Positions 46,601 through 57,481 of a stretch of 64,000 bases of DNA are shown in pieces. The stretch comes from Savitreella phatthalungensis. Lineage: Eukaryota. The stretch lies in the NCBI GenBank assembly GCA_051599415.1, contig AP039705.1, positions 1 to 64,000 of the forward strand, given 5' to 3'. The notes beneath the pieces are model-generated. The model did no database searches, was not told the origin of the DNA, and saw only the letters and a program-made list of their open reading frames with translations. The position numbers and the translations under genes were made by a program. Numbering within the stretch: position 1 is the stretch's first letter; every line of letters starts with the position of its first letter.

Positions 46601-47876
46601 CTCGAAACTCGAAGAGTACGAGCACACACTACTTGGTCACGAATTCGATCGGCCGCATCTTGGTGATCTTCTACCAGCGAAAGCACCCGCGAACGGACCG
46701 GCGATTGAGTCCGGCTTGATTCAGCCAAGCATCTTTGCTCACCTGCTCGGAGACGCAGATGACGCAGTCGCACGAATCGATGCGCTGCTGCAGGCGAAAA
46801 CCCGCCAGCTCGAGCAGATCATTCCAGAGGGCGTAGGCCAGGAGGCCTCGAGGATTCGAAGCTCGCTGATCGCACTTCTCCAGTCTGGCCGGGAGCGGGA
46901 CGAATACATGGAAGGTGTCCGGAATTGGACGTCGCTGGCCGCCGTCGTTCTCGGACAGATTGATGTGGAGACGGTGAGGCGGTTGTTTGAGTCGCTCGTT
47001 GACGAAGACGATGACCAGGATATCGCCGAGACGCTGTGTGAGGCAGTGGGTGTCGCCTGTGGCGCCCTGAAGAAGACAAGATCCCGCGACTGCCTCCAAT
47101 TCGCAAACTCCACTCTCTACGCCATCACCAGGCCTTGCTCGAACAACGCTCACCGGGAACACCTATACACTGCCCTCCTCCACCTCCTCTCCCCGCGCTA
47201 CGCAACAGCGACCGACATCACTCGACTCGTTCGGTCATCGAGCGATCGCCTGATCGGCCTGATCTGCCGTGACGCATATCTCGGTCAGTCTGCACAAAAA
47301 CTGAACGCTCTGATGGTGCTCGATCTGTTGCTGGTAGCTTTTGGGGCGAGTGGCGATACGTGGCTCGGTGAGACGCTTAGCCGGGATGGTCTTGTGCAGC
47401 GTCTCGCTGAGGACTTTTCGACGCTAGCGCTGCAGGTGGGATCGACCTCGTCTTCCACGACCCCGGATGACGCAACCGAAGCAGTTGCTCTTTACTGCGG
47501 CGTGCTGCTGCGTATTGCGATTGGGCGACGAGAGGTCGCTAGGGAGCTCGTCAGTCGTGACAACTTGGTGTCTCGGGTATGCCAGGCGAAGTTGTTTGCT
47601 CTTGAGGATCGACCGACCACGCCTCGGCTGGTGTCGACCGCGGTGCGAGCGCTCAGACTCGTCGTTGGCGCGGTCGTCGCTGCAGGACTTTCCGACCATC
47701 ATCGTCACAAGGCACTAACACCATACACGCCCTGGCAAGCATCCCTCAAACGCTGGCTCTCCAGAACTCCACCAACCACGGCCGCCTTCTCCGAGATGGC
47801 AGCACTCGTCGCAGCCGCCGGCACGCTGATCGACAGTGGGAGTGCCGCTGCTCTCGAAAGGGAAGCTACGATGTGA
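43659..47876 (+). CDS. NUP192: Nuclear pore inner-ring nucleoporin Nup192/Nup205
   Basis: N-terminal EFIDGALLLSDDLDIDEIQASELL and TLAHFLLGF motifs; 1405-aa helical solenoid. Confidence 0.85.
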   Translation: MPELDLLLGLRGHAGDQEVLLAHAEHVRSVWARTSRSQASRKAVQSGKLSLNGLESSLNKEFIDGALLLSDDLDIDEIQASELLADGADSAVTYDRDALAAARYIYETSRLVVFDLLCGCIAARIDIQKLLGGDYVQIAKDAVVQMEYVRGRLAKGEEAEKRQLLIGGQGDATDSGALLEQHELLSLLLCELVRIHPIHEVLGELVDYLTGQEQVSLIVAHAAAVFTAAIQAPSSDVHATSSLFRRWHKIVIGTWSNSGLKAMFGLTLAAELNGLCRQHEQMSSDFDYDGDVLAVARRAVKEHAFESLLTLEMFCADKVETDHPFWSFLRTSALVGYVPSPRYSPSVRFLDELRASHRTLTHSCIANLADVLREVQLEEEDANLAAEEEGRTEVTHFTELFLGVIAASWPSEAVAFWTERDSDLHGFLIWGSYWQSSSLTYAYYSMLSSLVSSEECARLAAAFLDSESPAEDKLPRPSPSVSWQFIFDALRYYARHLTAVAEPPELDTPTVLVLVGYLSLMGSVVRQLPPSSIAQLQSQFDAAGSIVQLMSCRVPSELHASLLGALSAFVATPEFQARTFTLLDTWLTTLERFYAARTSRSELMRLFCNGRPDLSKVLVDLSSELFRARAGPFALSQPVGMSTAQLAEYAHFVLLCLDGCLTGEADLQRIALLHSCLQFIAASLSTLRTSVLGDVAGIADVGERRALSAFLLDYYRLNTAVPLLTALVSDKRRMIQLTSLLADEADDSTLSRRLEPCKGLLLTIIDYVSLSVPLVDEFLDAGGLDVSVLSSADVVVRVAKLAATASHELARPALSILQRLNTPYLLTSLSTADESKAILHGMIHRLRDDEQLRPKVLSILLDGLATRELTLAHFLLGFSIRHGALELGDESGQIGSGVSVLGLLIEATASDDESFAASSMQVLAKLVSNPISADLTLELLRSVDFVLDRLKNVDALSYKYLAALSVLAAREILDARSKGMASKLEEYEHTLLGHEFDRPHLGDLLPAKAPANGPAIESGLIQPSIFAHLLGDADDAVARIDALLQAKTRQLEQIIPEGVGQEASRIRSSLIALLQSGRERDEYMEGVRNWTSLAAVVLGQIDVETVRRLFESLVDEDDDQDIAETLCEAVGVACGALKKTRSRDCLQFANSTLYAITRPCSNNAHREHLYTALLHLLSPRYATATDITRLVRSSSDRLIGLICRDAYLGQSAQKLNALMVLDLLLVAFGASGDTWLGETLSRDGLVQRLAEDFSTLALQVGSTSSSTTPDDATEAVALYCGVLLRIAIGRREVARELVSRDNLVSRVCQAKLFALEDRPTTPRLVSTAVRALRLVVGAVVAAGLSDHHRHKALTPYTPWQASLKRWLSRTPPTTAAFSEMAALVAAAGTLIDSGSAAALEREATM

Positions 47877-47993
47877 TGGTCTATGAATACGAATGGGTCG
47901 GGTAAGTTTCTCAATCGTGTGTATTCGTTAGAGGTCTACTCCATAGTTATGCTGATGTCATAAGGCTTGCTGAATCAGCAAGCATGCCTGCCA

Positions 47994-49931
47994 TCACTTG
48001 ACAACAAGACGATCTAGTAGCAACCGATCTAGTCTCGCTTGGACGGTGTCTAGTCCTGCTCTGATTTCTGCGAATTTCGATGCGACTGAGAGAGATGATG
48101 TCGGCGGTGGATTGCGTGTCAGAGGTGGTGCGGAAGCGGGTACTGGGAGTCGCGCTTGCGCTCTGACGGTGCGCGATGTCCACGAGGACGCTTCCTTGTC
48201 GAGCAGGTGTCTGGCAAACGCGTCGTCGTCGAAGCGGTAGAGTGGTTTTGGGGTCGTTGCCTTGATCGTTGCTGCTCCCGCTCCCGCGGCGGAGACGAGA
48301 GGTGGCGCTCCGTGTGAGAAGCTTGCGCGGATCGGCGATGAGATGCTGCCTCTCGAGGAGCGTCTGGAGCTGGTCGATCCCCTGCGCTGACTGCCAACGC
48401 CGATAGCAGAGCCTGGTGCGGCGGTCATGAGGCCGGAGCCGTCTGGGCCGAGGCGTGCAGGATGCTCGTCAGACAGACTGCCATGCCGGCTGCCTGAATG
48501 TGCGTGGGAAGCAATGTCAGAGTATATTGCGGGAAGACCTGCGCTGCCTCTGCGCTGCTGCTCGCGGTAGATATCTTCTGTGGCATCGACGATTCCGTCC
48601 GTGCCAGCGCTTCGAGTCGTGTCGCCGGCAGTGTTGACAAAGAGCGCTCTGTGGGTGGATCCGCGTCGTCCACCGACCTCGTCATTAGACCGAATGTGCG
48701 TCGTCTGAGGGACGCCTACGGAGAATGAGCCTGCACGCTCCATCTCAACGGCGTCAAGCGGCACAGGTGCGGTGTGATGCTGGTGTCCACTGGATGGTGG
48801 GCGGGGAGAATGCTGGACGCCGGAGCTGCTTGCAGGCGGACTTCGGGTCGCGTGACTGAGTATTCGAACGTCTGTCGGGGAAGCCGACCTCACAAGTGGA
48901 TCTGGAATCAGATCTGCCTCTGCGGGGTCGACGTCCATGAGCATTGAGTTGCGCATCGCACGTACCGGCGCTGGCAACGTTGCCGACTCCGCGTGAACGT
49001 GGCCCGCAGAGGAGGCGGAAGCTGGTCTCGGCGACGAATCCTGTGAATCGCGGCTCCTCCGTTTCGTCCGATCACTTTCGAGCGAACGTGGTGATCCATG
49101 TATGGTGTCCTGCTTGACAGGCGCGACCTCCTCAACGACTTCGGGGTTGCTTTCGTGGGAGGCTACTGCAGCGGTTGAATCGATCTCCTGGTCATCCGTC
49201 TCCTGCTCAACATCCTGTTCATCGTCACTGGAAAGTGCCTCGTAGACCACAATCGTTGGTTTGGCGAATGAGACGGCGACTTTACGCTTCTTCGTCGACT
49301 TGCTGCGTTTGGAAAAGATGCTGCGGGAAGATGTAGTGGACTTCTGCTCTTGTTCGCGGGCCGAAAGCTCTTCCACCATCAATTGTCCATGCTCGACATT
49401 TCTGTGCTTGTTTGCACGGGCGAGTCGCTCCTCGGGTGTCTCGATCTGCTCTGCCGGTAGATATCCGATCGTGTCGTCGCGCAAGTTTCTTACTAGCCAC
49501 CAGTAGGAATTTGTGTCATCGAGGAGAAGCAATGTGTCACCCTTTGTCGTTGTAGCTTGCCCTTCCACGGTTGCGACGAATGTATGGAGCGCATAGACAA
49601 AGTTGAAGTCAATGTCGCCTTCTGGGATGCTCGGGGATGAACTGAGCTCTGAGTACATGTCTTCATCGTCTTCTTCGTCCTCCTCATCCAGGTCTTCATC
49701 GTCGTCTAGATCATTGTCATCGTGGGCTTGTGCTGCAGCGATCGGAACATGTGTCTGCGCGTGTGATGGCTCTGTTTGGTCGTGTGCATATCTGCGTTGT
49801 TGATCGTAGGCATGTGCGTCTGCAGATGCGTTCGCGTTTGCGTAAGTGTTTGTGTAGGAGTTTGCGTTGTCAAGGGTATGATCCTCACGCGCTGATCCGC
49901 GTAGATCGCCTGATGCGCGCACTCCGTTCAT
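47994..49931 (-). CDS. tea4: SH3-domain polarity protein Tea4/Bud14 family
   Basis: SSSPSIP..DIDF.FVYALHTFVATVEGQA...KGD.LLLLDD.NSYWWLV..GYLPAE.IETP.ERLAR.NKHRN, followed by a PP1-docking-like VSF. Confidence 0.85.
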   Translation of the reverse strand: MNGVRASGDLRGSAREDHTLDNANSYTNTYANANASADAHAYDQQRRYAHDQTEPSHAQTHVPIAAAQAHDDNDLDDDEDLDEEDEEDDEDMYSELSSSPSIPEGDIDFNFVYALHTFVATVEGQATTTKGDTLLLLDDTNSYWWLVRNLRDDTIGYLPAEQIETPEERLARANKHRNVEHGQLMVEELSAREQEQKSTTSSRSIFSKRSKSTKKRKVAVSFAKPTIVVYEALSSDDEQDVEQETDDQEIDSTAAVASHESNPEVVEEVAPVKQDTIHGSPRSLESDRTKRRSRDSQDSSPRPASASSAGHVHAESATLPAPVRAMRNSMLMDVDPAEADLIPDPLVRSASPTDVRILSHATRSPPASSSGVQHSPRPPSSGHQHHTAPVPLDAVEMERAGSFSVGVPQTTHIRSNDEVGGRRGSTHRALFVNTAGDTTRSAGTDGIVDATEDIYREQQRRGSAGLPAIYSDIASHAHSGSRHGSLSDEHPARLGPDGSGLMTAAPGSAIGVGSQRRGSTSSRRSSRGSISSPIRASFSHGAPPLVSAAGAGAATIKATTPKPLYRFDDDAFARHLLDKEASSWTSRTVRAQARLPVPASAPPLTRNPPPTSSLSVASKFAEIRAGLDTVQARLDRLLLDRLVVK

Positions 49932-50277
49932 CCTCGCGTCATTTCTCAGTGTCTGTGTTTGGGTGAAGGTTTTATGTCTGTGTGGTCGGGCGACAGTCGG
50001 TGTATCACTTTAAGATAAAGGAGATCTTTGTAGGATGTGTGAGGGTGCGCGTGTGACGGAGTTGACGTATAAGAGCTGAGTCGTTGGAGAGTGGTCTCTT
50101 GAGCTTGTAGAGAGGTCTGTGTGTGTGTATGAGTGCGTGTGTATGTATGTTGTGTGTGTATCTGTGCATGTGTGTAGAGGTGAGTTGGATTAGAAGTAGG
50201 AGTTTGAGTTTGGGTGTGTATAGATAGGATTGTGTCAGATGTTGATTAGGTGAATGTGTATATATCTTCCTCACTTC

Positions 50278-50352
50278 TTCCTCACTCACACTCTCTCTCT
50301 CTCACTCTCTCTCTCTCTCACTCTCTCTCTCTCTCACTCTCTCTCTGTCTCT
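50278..50352. repeat. (CT)n/(CA)n microsatellite upstream of tea4
   Basis: CTCTCT tracts interrupted by CA. Confidence 0.9.
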
Positions 50353-51324
50353 CTGCCTGTCTGTCTTGGATTTACTGTGCTGGATCTGTGGGTGAATCTC
50401 CAGCAGGCGTAAGTGGGTGGTGGAAGATCCCCGCTCCTCGCTCGATCCATCCTCTTTCCAGCATGAAAGCGGAAGCATGAAAAAACAAAAAGAAGACCTC
50501 CATCTCCAGATTCAACTTCGAATAAGATATCAGCTTTGAAGCAAGATGAGCTTTCAACTTTTTGCTTCGAATCAATTGATTGCCTCCACTTGCTTTTTCT
50601 GATTGATTTGTAGGGGGGATCTGCTTGGCTTGAGAATGGGCCGTGGATGCCGAGTTGTCCGTGGATGCGGCAGTGGCGCAGACGGTGGCAGTGCTTGCAA
50701 CAATCTCCAAGCATTCATGCCTATGATCGTTGTAGTCGGTCATGCAAGAAAATCATCACTCGGTCGATTTCGTCGATTTCGTGCAAAGAGAAATGCACAT
50801 GGATAGGCAGAATCGAATTCGGTATGGAGTCAGAACATTCGACCTTGTTCAGTATGAGAAGCAAAGCTCGAAGGAATTTGGAATTAATGCAACAGCGGTA
50901 GATCTGTCTCTTCTTCACTGGCATTGGCTTTGAACCTGACCTTTTCCTGTAATCTGGTATGACTACGATGAGTGAGAGTCTCGGACAAGTACGACGGAAT
51001 GGAAAAACTCAAAAAACGATTAGCTGGATCTGACGAGCAAGGACCGAGAGAATTCACTATAGCCTCTTGAACCAGCCGGATCTGGTAGACAACACGCCAT
51101 GATACGGAAAGTCCGCAGCAATTTCATGCCAACGATAAAAAGCCTGAAGGAGTAGAATGAGGCGAATGGTAGAATGGGGCAAGCTTTTCCACAGGTATCC
51201 GTAGCACGGGCGCTAACACAGCACAGGATTTCACAGCGTTCGATCTTGCAGGCTGTATGCGGTCTCATGCAGGCGGGTGTGATCATCATCATAGTCCTCA
51301 CAGGAGTCACCACCATGCTCTACC

Positions 51325-51361
51325 ATCGTCATTATTATCATCATCATCATCATCATCATCA
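51325..51361. repeat. (CAT)n microsatellite
   Basis: Tandem CAT units. Confidence 0.85.
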
Positions 51362-51833
51362 GATGGAGACTAGAATGAACAGCAGTTCTCGGAACAAGAT
51401 GATAGATCATAAATTCATTTTATCTTTTCGTAATCACATCCTCTCGCTCATGCCATCAATCCGCTTGACAACCTGAAACACTGCAACGGAAGCTCGTGAC
51501 GGATGACGGATCCTCATCTCACCTCGATGCTACTCGACGGCCTTTACGGTCTTCCATCACTGGACACGAGTACCAGATACTCAAGAACTCTAAACGTAAG
51601 CGTTCTCTGGATGATTGGCGCATGGATAGATCCGTGTCCTATATTGCCGAGCGATGAGATGGAGCTACGAACTTCACCACTTCCCCATAGGTGGCTCAGA
51701 ACAGGGTTGAGCGGGATACAGAAGAATGATCAATCATCGATTACGCTGCGCTTGCATCAAATTGATCGGTTGTCTTTCTTCTTGCTCTTCTCCTGACTAT
51801 AGATCCCTACACAATTTGTCTCTTTTTTGGCAT

Positions 51834-52427
51834 TTACTTGGCAAGTCGCCTCTTCTGCTGCATCTGCTTCTTCGTCTTCTGGTTGACATAAGTGCCAAAG
51901 ACAAAGGCGATCAGGTTGAAGAATGGAACCCATGCCTCTGGTGGGAGGAACTTCTGGGCAATGGCGATGGCGATGGGTGAGGAAATCCAAGAGATGCGCA
52001 TGATCTTCATAAATCCTGCCTTCCACACCGCAATCGCCTGGTCGAACGTGCGTGCGCCACCAATCACAGCCATCGTCAGCAGGAAGGCCGTGTTCTGGAT
52101 TGGGGAGACGATCAGGTTGCTGGCGATGATCTGCAGGACCTTGTCCCGGGGAGTCGTCCGGCCCTCAAACACCTTCTGCAGCGTCGTCACAAGCGTGTGG
52201 GAGATGGGTGCGGAGATGAACAGGCCGTACAGCATCATCTTCGGCACACGGTCAGACACGTATGAGCCATCAGCAGTCTTCTCACCGGCCAGGTATGAAG
52301 CAAGCACTTCCTGAATACCGTTCAGCGTCATGTTCGTGAGCATCTTTGTCCGCAGTGGGTTCGTAGCAAGTTCTGCCAGGTACCGCTGGAGGAGCGACCT
52401 CTTGGTGACATCGACAGCAGCAGACAT
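51834..52427 (-). CDS. Mpv17/PMP22 (PXMP2-like) peroxisomal membrane protein
   Basis: YLAELATNPLRTKMLT, YGLFISAPISH, SNLIVSPIQN, AQKFLPPEAWVPFFN. Confidence 0.9.
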   Translation of the reverse strand: MSAAVDVTKRSLLQRYLAELATNPLRTKMLTNMTLNGIQEVLASYLAGEKTADGSYVSDRVPKMMLYGLFISAPISHTLVTTLQKVFEGRTTPRDKVLQIIASNLIVSPIQNTAFLLTMAVIGGARTFDQAIAVWKAGFMKIMRISWISSPIAIAIAQKFLPPEAWVPFFNLIAFVFGTYVNQKTKKQMQQKRRLAK

Positions 52428-52980
52428 TCTCGTTGACAGGTGCTGAGGTCAAGACTTTCACTAGCTTAAGGATGATGGATGACGCTGGGTCGAGTCTTCT
52501 GAATCAGGTGCAGGATTCAGGAGAGAGCGTTTGTGTGGATTGAAAGCGCGTGGATCTCTACGAGTACGTCCAATGTGCGCGATGTTCGGTCGATGCCGCG
52601 TGGAGAGAGAGTGTGTGTGTGAGTGGGTAGGATGGTCGGATGGTTGATTGGTTGGGTGGGTTGGATGGTTGTGATTTGCCTGGAGCCAGCTGAATCTGTA
52701 CCTAGTCAGAGTGCTTCGGGTGATTATTCTGTGGGTGAATCTTGGTTGCCGAAATCAATGGTCCATCTGTTGTTCAGTGCTGGAGAAATCCGAGGTTGGA
52801 ATAATTGTGGGGGAATGGCAACAGGATACTGAAATTCAAATTCCAATTCGAATTCGAATTCGAATTCCAATCCCAATTCGAATTGGAGATGAAAATCAGT
52901 GGATTCGCACTGGTGAAATGAAAATACTTGTTGGATGCAGGAAGGAAAAATAAAAACACGTGAGCTGATCGACTTGGGAA

Positions 52981-55602
52981 ATGGCAACCAGCCAAACGAT
53001 TTTTGTAAAAGAACAGAAAAACACAACGGTGAGCTTCAACGGTGAGCTTCACTCTCTCTCACTCTATAAAATTATTAACGGTGCATCTATGCATCACTTA
53101 AAAACTCAATTAGAGACTTTACATACGAGTGATCTGCAGAAATATAATATAGCGTCACTGACTAAGCTACACTCTACTCTAGACACCACCACCCATCGCT
53201 TCTCATATCCTCACTCGCCTCCGATTGACGGTATGAAGCGCTCAAGGGACTCGCGCATCGATCAGCAAGTCATGCGCGATATTCAGGACCTGCGCGACTC
53301 TGGATATGCCACAAGCGATGAACTCCCAGATACACCATCTCCAAGATATGCAAGAGTCATGTCTCCTGAGCGGGGACGTACGGCTTCACATTCCTCAGCT
53401 CAACTGCATTACAACAGAGACAGGGCGCTGATATCTAGATCTATTGCTGCCGCGTCCGACGTGGCAAAGGCACTGAAAGACCGCGCGGCCGACGATGACT
53501 GGCCTCTGCTTCTGCCATCCGTGGCTCGTCCGGGAGTAATTAGAACAGAGACAGACACTCAGCAAGACCGGGGCCCGAAAAGACAACTTCTCAAGCGTAC
53601 TCAGACCAGTATGCAGGCTGTAGAGGAATCTCTGACTGACCTTCAGACGGCCAAGCCAAAGTCAGCTCAGGGATCACATGCCCTACAGCTTCTCAATCCA
53701 TCACTCCTTCTGCACACGCATGGGCCAAATTTGATCTCCGCCATTAATCCGAAAGCCGTTGGTGAGGTCATGTCACAGCAGCTCGACAAGACCATCAAAC
53801 ATCTCGGCAAGCTCCGCATCCGCGTCGAAGATACCTCATCGAAAGTATTAGTCACGGGCGACCTCAACGCAGGCAAGAGCACCCTTTGCAACGCTTTATT
53901 GCGCCAGCAGGTCATGCCAGTCGATCAGCAGCCTTGCACTGAAGTGTTCTGCGAAGTACTAGACGCGCGCGACAATGGCGGCGAACTCGGCGTTCACGCC
54001 GTCTCGATTGGCCAGACCTACGATCAAAAGAATCCCGAAAGTTATACTCGCCTCAGCTACGATGATCTTCCTACAGCAGTCACACAGATTGCTACTTACT
54101 CTGCGCTCAAGGTATACGTGCATGACCAGCGCGAGATTGAGCAATCACTTCTGAGAAACGGTGTTGTCGACATCGCGCTCATCGACGCACCTGGTCTGAA
54201 CTCCGACTGTCTGAAGACGACCGCAGTCTATGCACAGCAAGAGGAGATTGACGTCGTCGTCTTCGTTGTCAGCGCAGAGAACCATTTAACGCTTAGTGGT
54301 AAGGAGTTCCTCTGGTCAGCTGCGAACGAGAAGGCTTATCTCTTCGTCGTCGTCAACAAATTTGACGCCATCCGTGACAAGGATCGTTGCCGCAAGATGA
54401 TCCTCGATCAGATCGCTCACCTCTCCCCAGCTACGCACGCCGATGCTCAGGAGCTTGTGCATTTCGTGTCTGCTGCGGCCGCTGAAAACGATCCTGCATT
54501 TGACGAACTCGAAGTCCAGCTGCGCAACTTTATCCTGGACAAGAGAGCTCAGTCGAAGCTCGCTCCAGCAAAGACTTTCTGCTCAAAATTCTGGTCAGAC
54601 GTGCTGCTCATCGCGCGACACAATGGCGAGAAGGCTACAGAGGAACGCGCTAAACTTGAGAAGGATCTTCTTGAGCTTCAACAACAGCTTTCAACACTTT
54701 CTCACGACCGTGCACAAACAGTTGACCGTGTCTCGAGCCACTCGGAAAAGACGGTCGAAGCGATTCGCCAGAATACGCGCACAAATGTCACGACAGCCAT
54801 GAATGCGCTTGCGAAGCTCAAGCCTGAATATCCTTGGCACGGTCTGCTTGACTGCTGGGAGTACGCCGCTAGGCTGCGCGATCAATACATGGCAACTGTG
54901 CTTCACGCGACTGTAGCTTCTGAACTGCAGGCACGAAACATGACCGCCAGCGCGGTTGATACCGTGCGAGCGATCGCAGCCACACACCTGACAGAAGAGC
55001 AGTACCGTCTGCCGGCTTTCAACGCTTCACTCATGTTCTCGCGCAAGCGCGACGCCATTCAGAGACAGGTGCCGATCGAGCTCACGCCGCTTGACTTTGT
55101 CGATCTGACACGTATTGAGGCAGCCCTATCGACCACTTCCTTGTCAGCGGCGCTTGTGCTTTACGGCACAAAGACCATCGGCTGGTCCGCCGCAGCCGAG
55201 TCACTGGTGCGTGTGGTTGACCGCACAGTTGGCATCGAGCATTCCCCACGAGTCGTCGCTGCTGTCCTTCTCTGTGGGTTTGGTGCTGTGGCTGCATATG
55301 CAGCTTATCAGGTGCCCACAGCCTTGCAGACAAATTTGTCCAGAAAGTGCGCTCAGACACTGGCGCGCGCAGATTACCCTGCCACGCAGGCGCATCGTAT
55401 CTCCGACGAAGTACGCCGCGTGCTGTCTCGTCCGGAATCCGACATTCGTGCTGCCTTTGCAAGCATGGTGGATGCGCGCGATCGCCAGCGACAGACACTC
55501 CTACACCGTACCGCCGTCTGCACCGCTACCGCAGACTTCTTCCGCGCTCAATGCGACGTCGTGCTCGCCGAGCAGCACAAGCTCGCTCAGACCCATCTCT
55601 AG
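52981..55602 (+). CDS. FZO1: Mitofusin Fzo1 (dynamin-like GTPase); start uncertain, ATG 53233 is an alternative
   Basis: LRIRVEDTSSKVLVTGDLNAGKSTLCNALL, DQQPCT, LIDAPGLN, EEIDVVVFVVSAENH, VVNKFD; two C-terminal hydrophobic segments. Confidence 0.93.
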   Translation: MATSQTIFVKEQKNTTVSFNGELHSLSLYKIINGASMHHLKTQLETLHTSDLQKYNIASLTKLHSTLDTTTHRFSYPHSPPIDGMKRSRDSRIDQQVMRDIQDLRDSGYATSDELPDTPSPRYARVMSPERGRTASHSSAQLHYNRDRALISRSIAAASDVAKALKDRAADDDWPLLLPSVARPGVIRTETDTQQDRGPKRQLLKRTQTSMQAVEESLTDLQTAKPKSAQGSHALQLLNPSLLLHTHGPNLISAINPKAVGEVMSQQLDKTIKHLGKLRIRVEDTSSKVLVTGDLNAGKSTLCNALLRQQVMPVDQQPCTEVFCEVLDARDNGGELGVHAVSIGQTYDQKNPESYTRLSYDDLPTAVTQIATYSALKVYVHDQREIEQSLLRNGVVDIALIDAPGLNSDCLKTTAVYAQQEEIDVVVFVVSAENHLTLSGKEFLWSAANEKAYLFVVVNKFDAIRDKDRCRKMILDQIAHLSPATHADAQELVHFVSAAAAENDPAFDELEVQLRNFILDKRAQSKLAPAKTFCSKFWSDVLLIARHNGEKATEERAKLEKDLLELQQQLSTLSHDRAQTVDRVSSHSEKTVEAIRQNTRTNVTTAMNALAKLKPEYPWHGLLDCWEYAARLRDQYMATVLHATVASELQARNMTASAVDTVRAIAATHLTEEQYRLPAFNASLMFSRKRDAIQRQVPIELTPLDFVDLTRIEAALSTTSLSAALVLYGTKTIGWSAAAESLVRVVDRTVGIEHSPRVVAAVLLCGFGAVAAYAAYQVPTALQTNLSRKCAQTLARADYPATQAHRISDEVRRVLSRPESDIRAAFASMVDARDRQRQTLLHRTAVCTATADFFRAQCDVVLAEQHKLAQTHL

Positions 55603-55853
55603 ATTTACCCTCTTCACGATCTCTTCCTTTTCCATATGAACAAGTCATGAAATGAATGAAAGTCCCACACTCACCACATATCATCTCCTGTCGGGTATAA
55701 ATGCTTCGAATCAATTCTCCGTCGTGCATGCTTGAGTGCATCCTCGCATGGCAGCTCACACGAGACGATGCTCATTTCCCGCATTTCTATGAGATGAGTG
55801 CTCTTGTGAGAAGTCATATAAGAACGGGTCAACAGCTACGGCGTTAACGCGGT

Positions 55854-57481
55854 ATGCTCGTCTCTACGCTTATACTCGTTCTTTTCGATCCCGTCTCTGC
55901 AGCCATCTGTCGATCAAAGCCGTCGACATCCCCGTCATCGAGCGTCGACCTCCTCGCGAGGCCAAAGCCAAAGCCATCTTTTGACTCCTCAATGATCTTA
56001 CCCAACACCGTTCCACCCTCTCTCGTCTCAAATAAGCCGGATCTGAGTCCGAAGACATCCATTCTGGCGACCGCTGCTCCGTCGAATGCAATGTTCTTGC
56101 CCAGTACTGTTTCGCCGATGCCTACCGGGAACAAACCCAATCTGAGTCCAAAAACATCTGTTCTCGCCTCCGCCGCTCCTTCGAATGCACCGTCCTTCTC
56201 AAATACCACTCCACCGCCACTGACCTCCAGCAAGCCCGATCGGACGTCGGAAACGTCTCCATCGAATGCATTGTTCTTGCCCAACACCGGCCCTCCGTCT
56301 CTCGCCTCGAGAACTTCGGATCTGCCACCAAAGACATCGACGCTTGCGACAGCCTCTGCGTCAAATGCACTGTTTTTGCCAAACACTGTCCCGCCATCGC
56401 TGACCTCGAACAAGCCCGATCTGACTCCGAAGACTTCGATGCTCGCGACCGCTTCGCCGTTGAATACACTATTGTCGCCCAACACCGTCCCTCCATCCGT
56501 CGCCTCAAGTAAGCCGGATCTGTCACCAAAGACATCCATGCTTGCGAGCCCTTCCAACTCGACCGCACTATCCTTGTCCCCGACGCCGGCATTGCCATCT
56601 CCGGCGACTGCAACTGGCGGGATGACAGTTACCAGTGTAGCTGGTGGTGCTGCTGCTGGTGCGGGTGTGGCGACAGGTGATGGTAAGTGCGGTGACTGGG
56701 ACACCTACGAGACGGAGTCGTTTATCCTGTACAACAACCTGTGGGGTAAATCGAGTGCTGGACCTGGAGGCAAGCAGTGTATCTCCCTCACGAGTTCGTC
56801 AACGTCGTCCATCGATTTCACAGCAGCGTGGTCCTGGGGTAACACCAACCCTGGTAATGTCAAATCGTACCCAAACGTCTTCTGGAAAGCAGGCTCGGCC
56901 AAAGTGTCACAGACTGGGATTGATAAGCTACCAAGCATTCCATCGACCTTGTGAGTAGATTTCCGAGAACACGTGAGGAAACATGTGACTGACAGCGTAA
57001 ACAGCGATTGGTCGTACACGGGGACGGCGATCGACGCTGATGTCGCTTACGATCTTTTTGTGGGAGGCTCTCCTGGAATTAGCGAGCAAGGCGAGTCTTA
57101 CGAGGTCATGATCTGGCTCGGTCGACTTGGCGGGTATGTTTAGACAACTCAACGAGATTACGCGGTCGAGAGGACTGACACGAGCTCAGAGCTGCACCGA
57201 TCGGCGCTGGGTCTGCAGGAAAGCAAGTCAAGGTGGACGATGTATCATGGTCACTGTACACGGGATCGAACGGTGCGCAAAAGGTTGCGTCCTTCGTGAG
57301 CCAAGAAGAACAGCAAAAGTCATTCACGGGAGATCTCGCCCTGTTCATCAAGGCGCTGATTGATCAGAAGGACTTCTTCACTGAGGATCCTTCGAAGCTG
57401 TACCTCAAGCATATCGCCGCTGGAACGGAGCCATTCATGGGTGACAACGCCGTCTTCCAAGCTAAACTCACTTTCGGATAG
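55854..57481 (+). CDS. Secreted GH12 endoglucanase/xyloglucanase with N-terminal Pro/Ser/Thr repeats; join(55854..56950,57005..57133,57190..57481), 505 aa
   Basis: YNNLWG, VKSYPN, SIPST|FDWSY, ADVAYDLF, YEVMIWL..GG|AAPIG, AGTEPF; introns GTGAGT..CTGAC..CAG and GTATGT..CTGAC..CAG restore the frame. Confidence 0.92.

Noticed and set aside
50005..51800. Short ORFs, including a poly-His ORF, upstream of tea4
   Set aside because: Explained by microsatellites and low complexity; no family evidence.
55844..56704. 286-aa minus-strand ORF
   Set aside because: Antisense to the GH12 repeat region; the plus strand has the signal peptide and catalytic domain.
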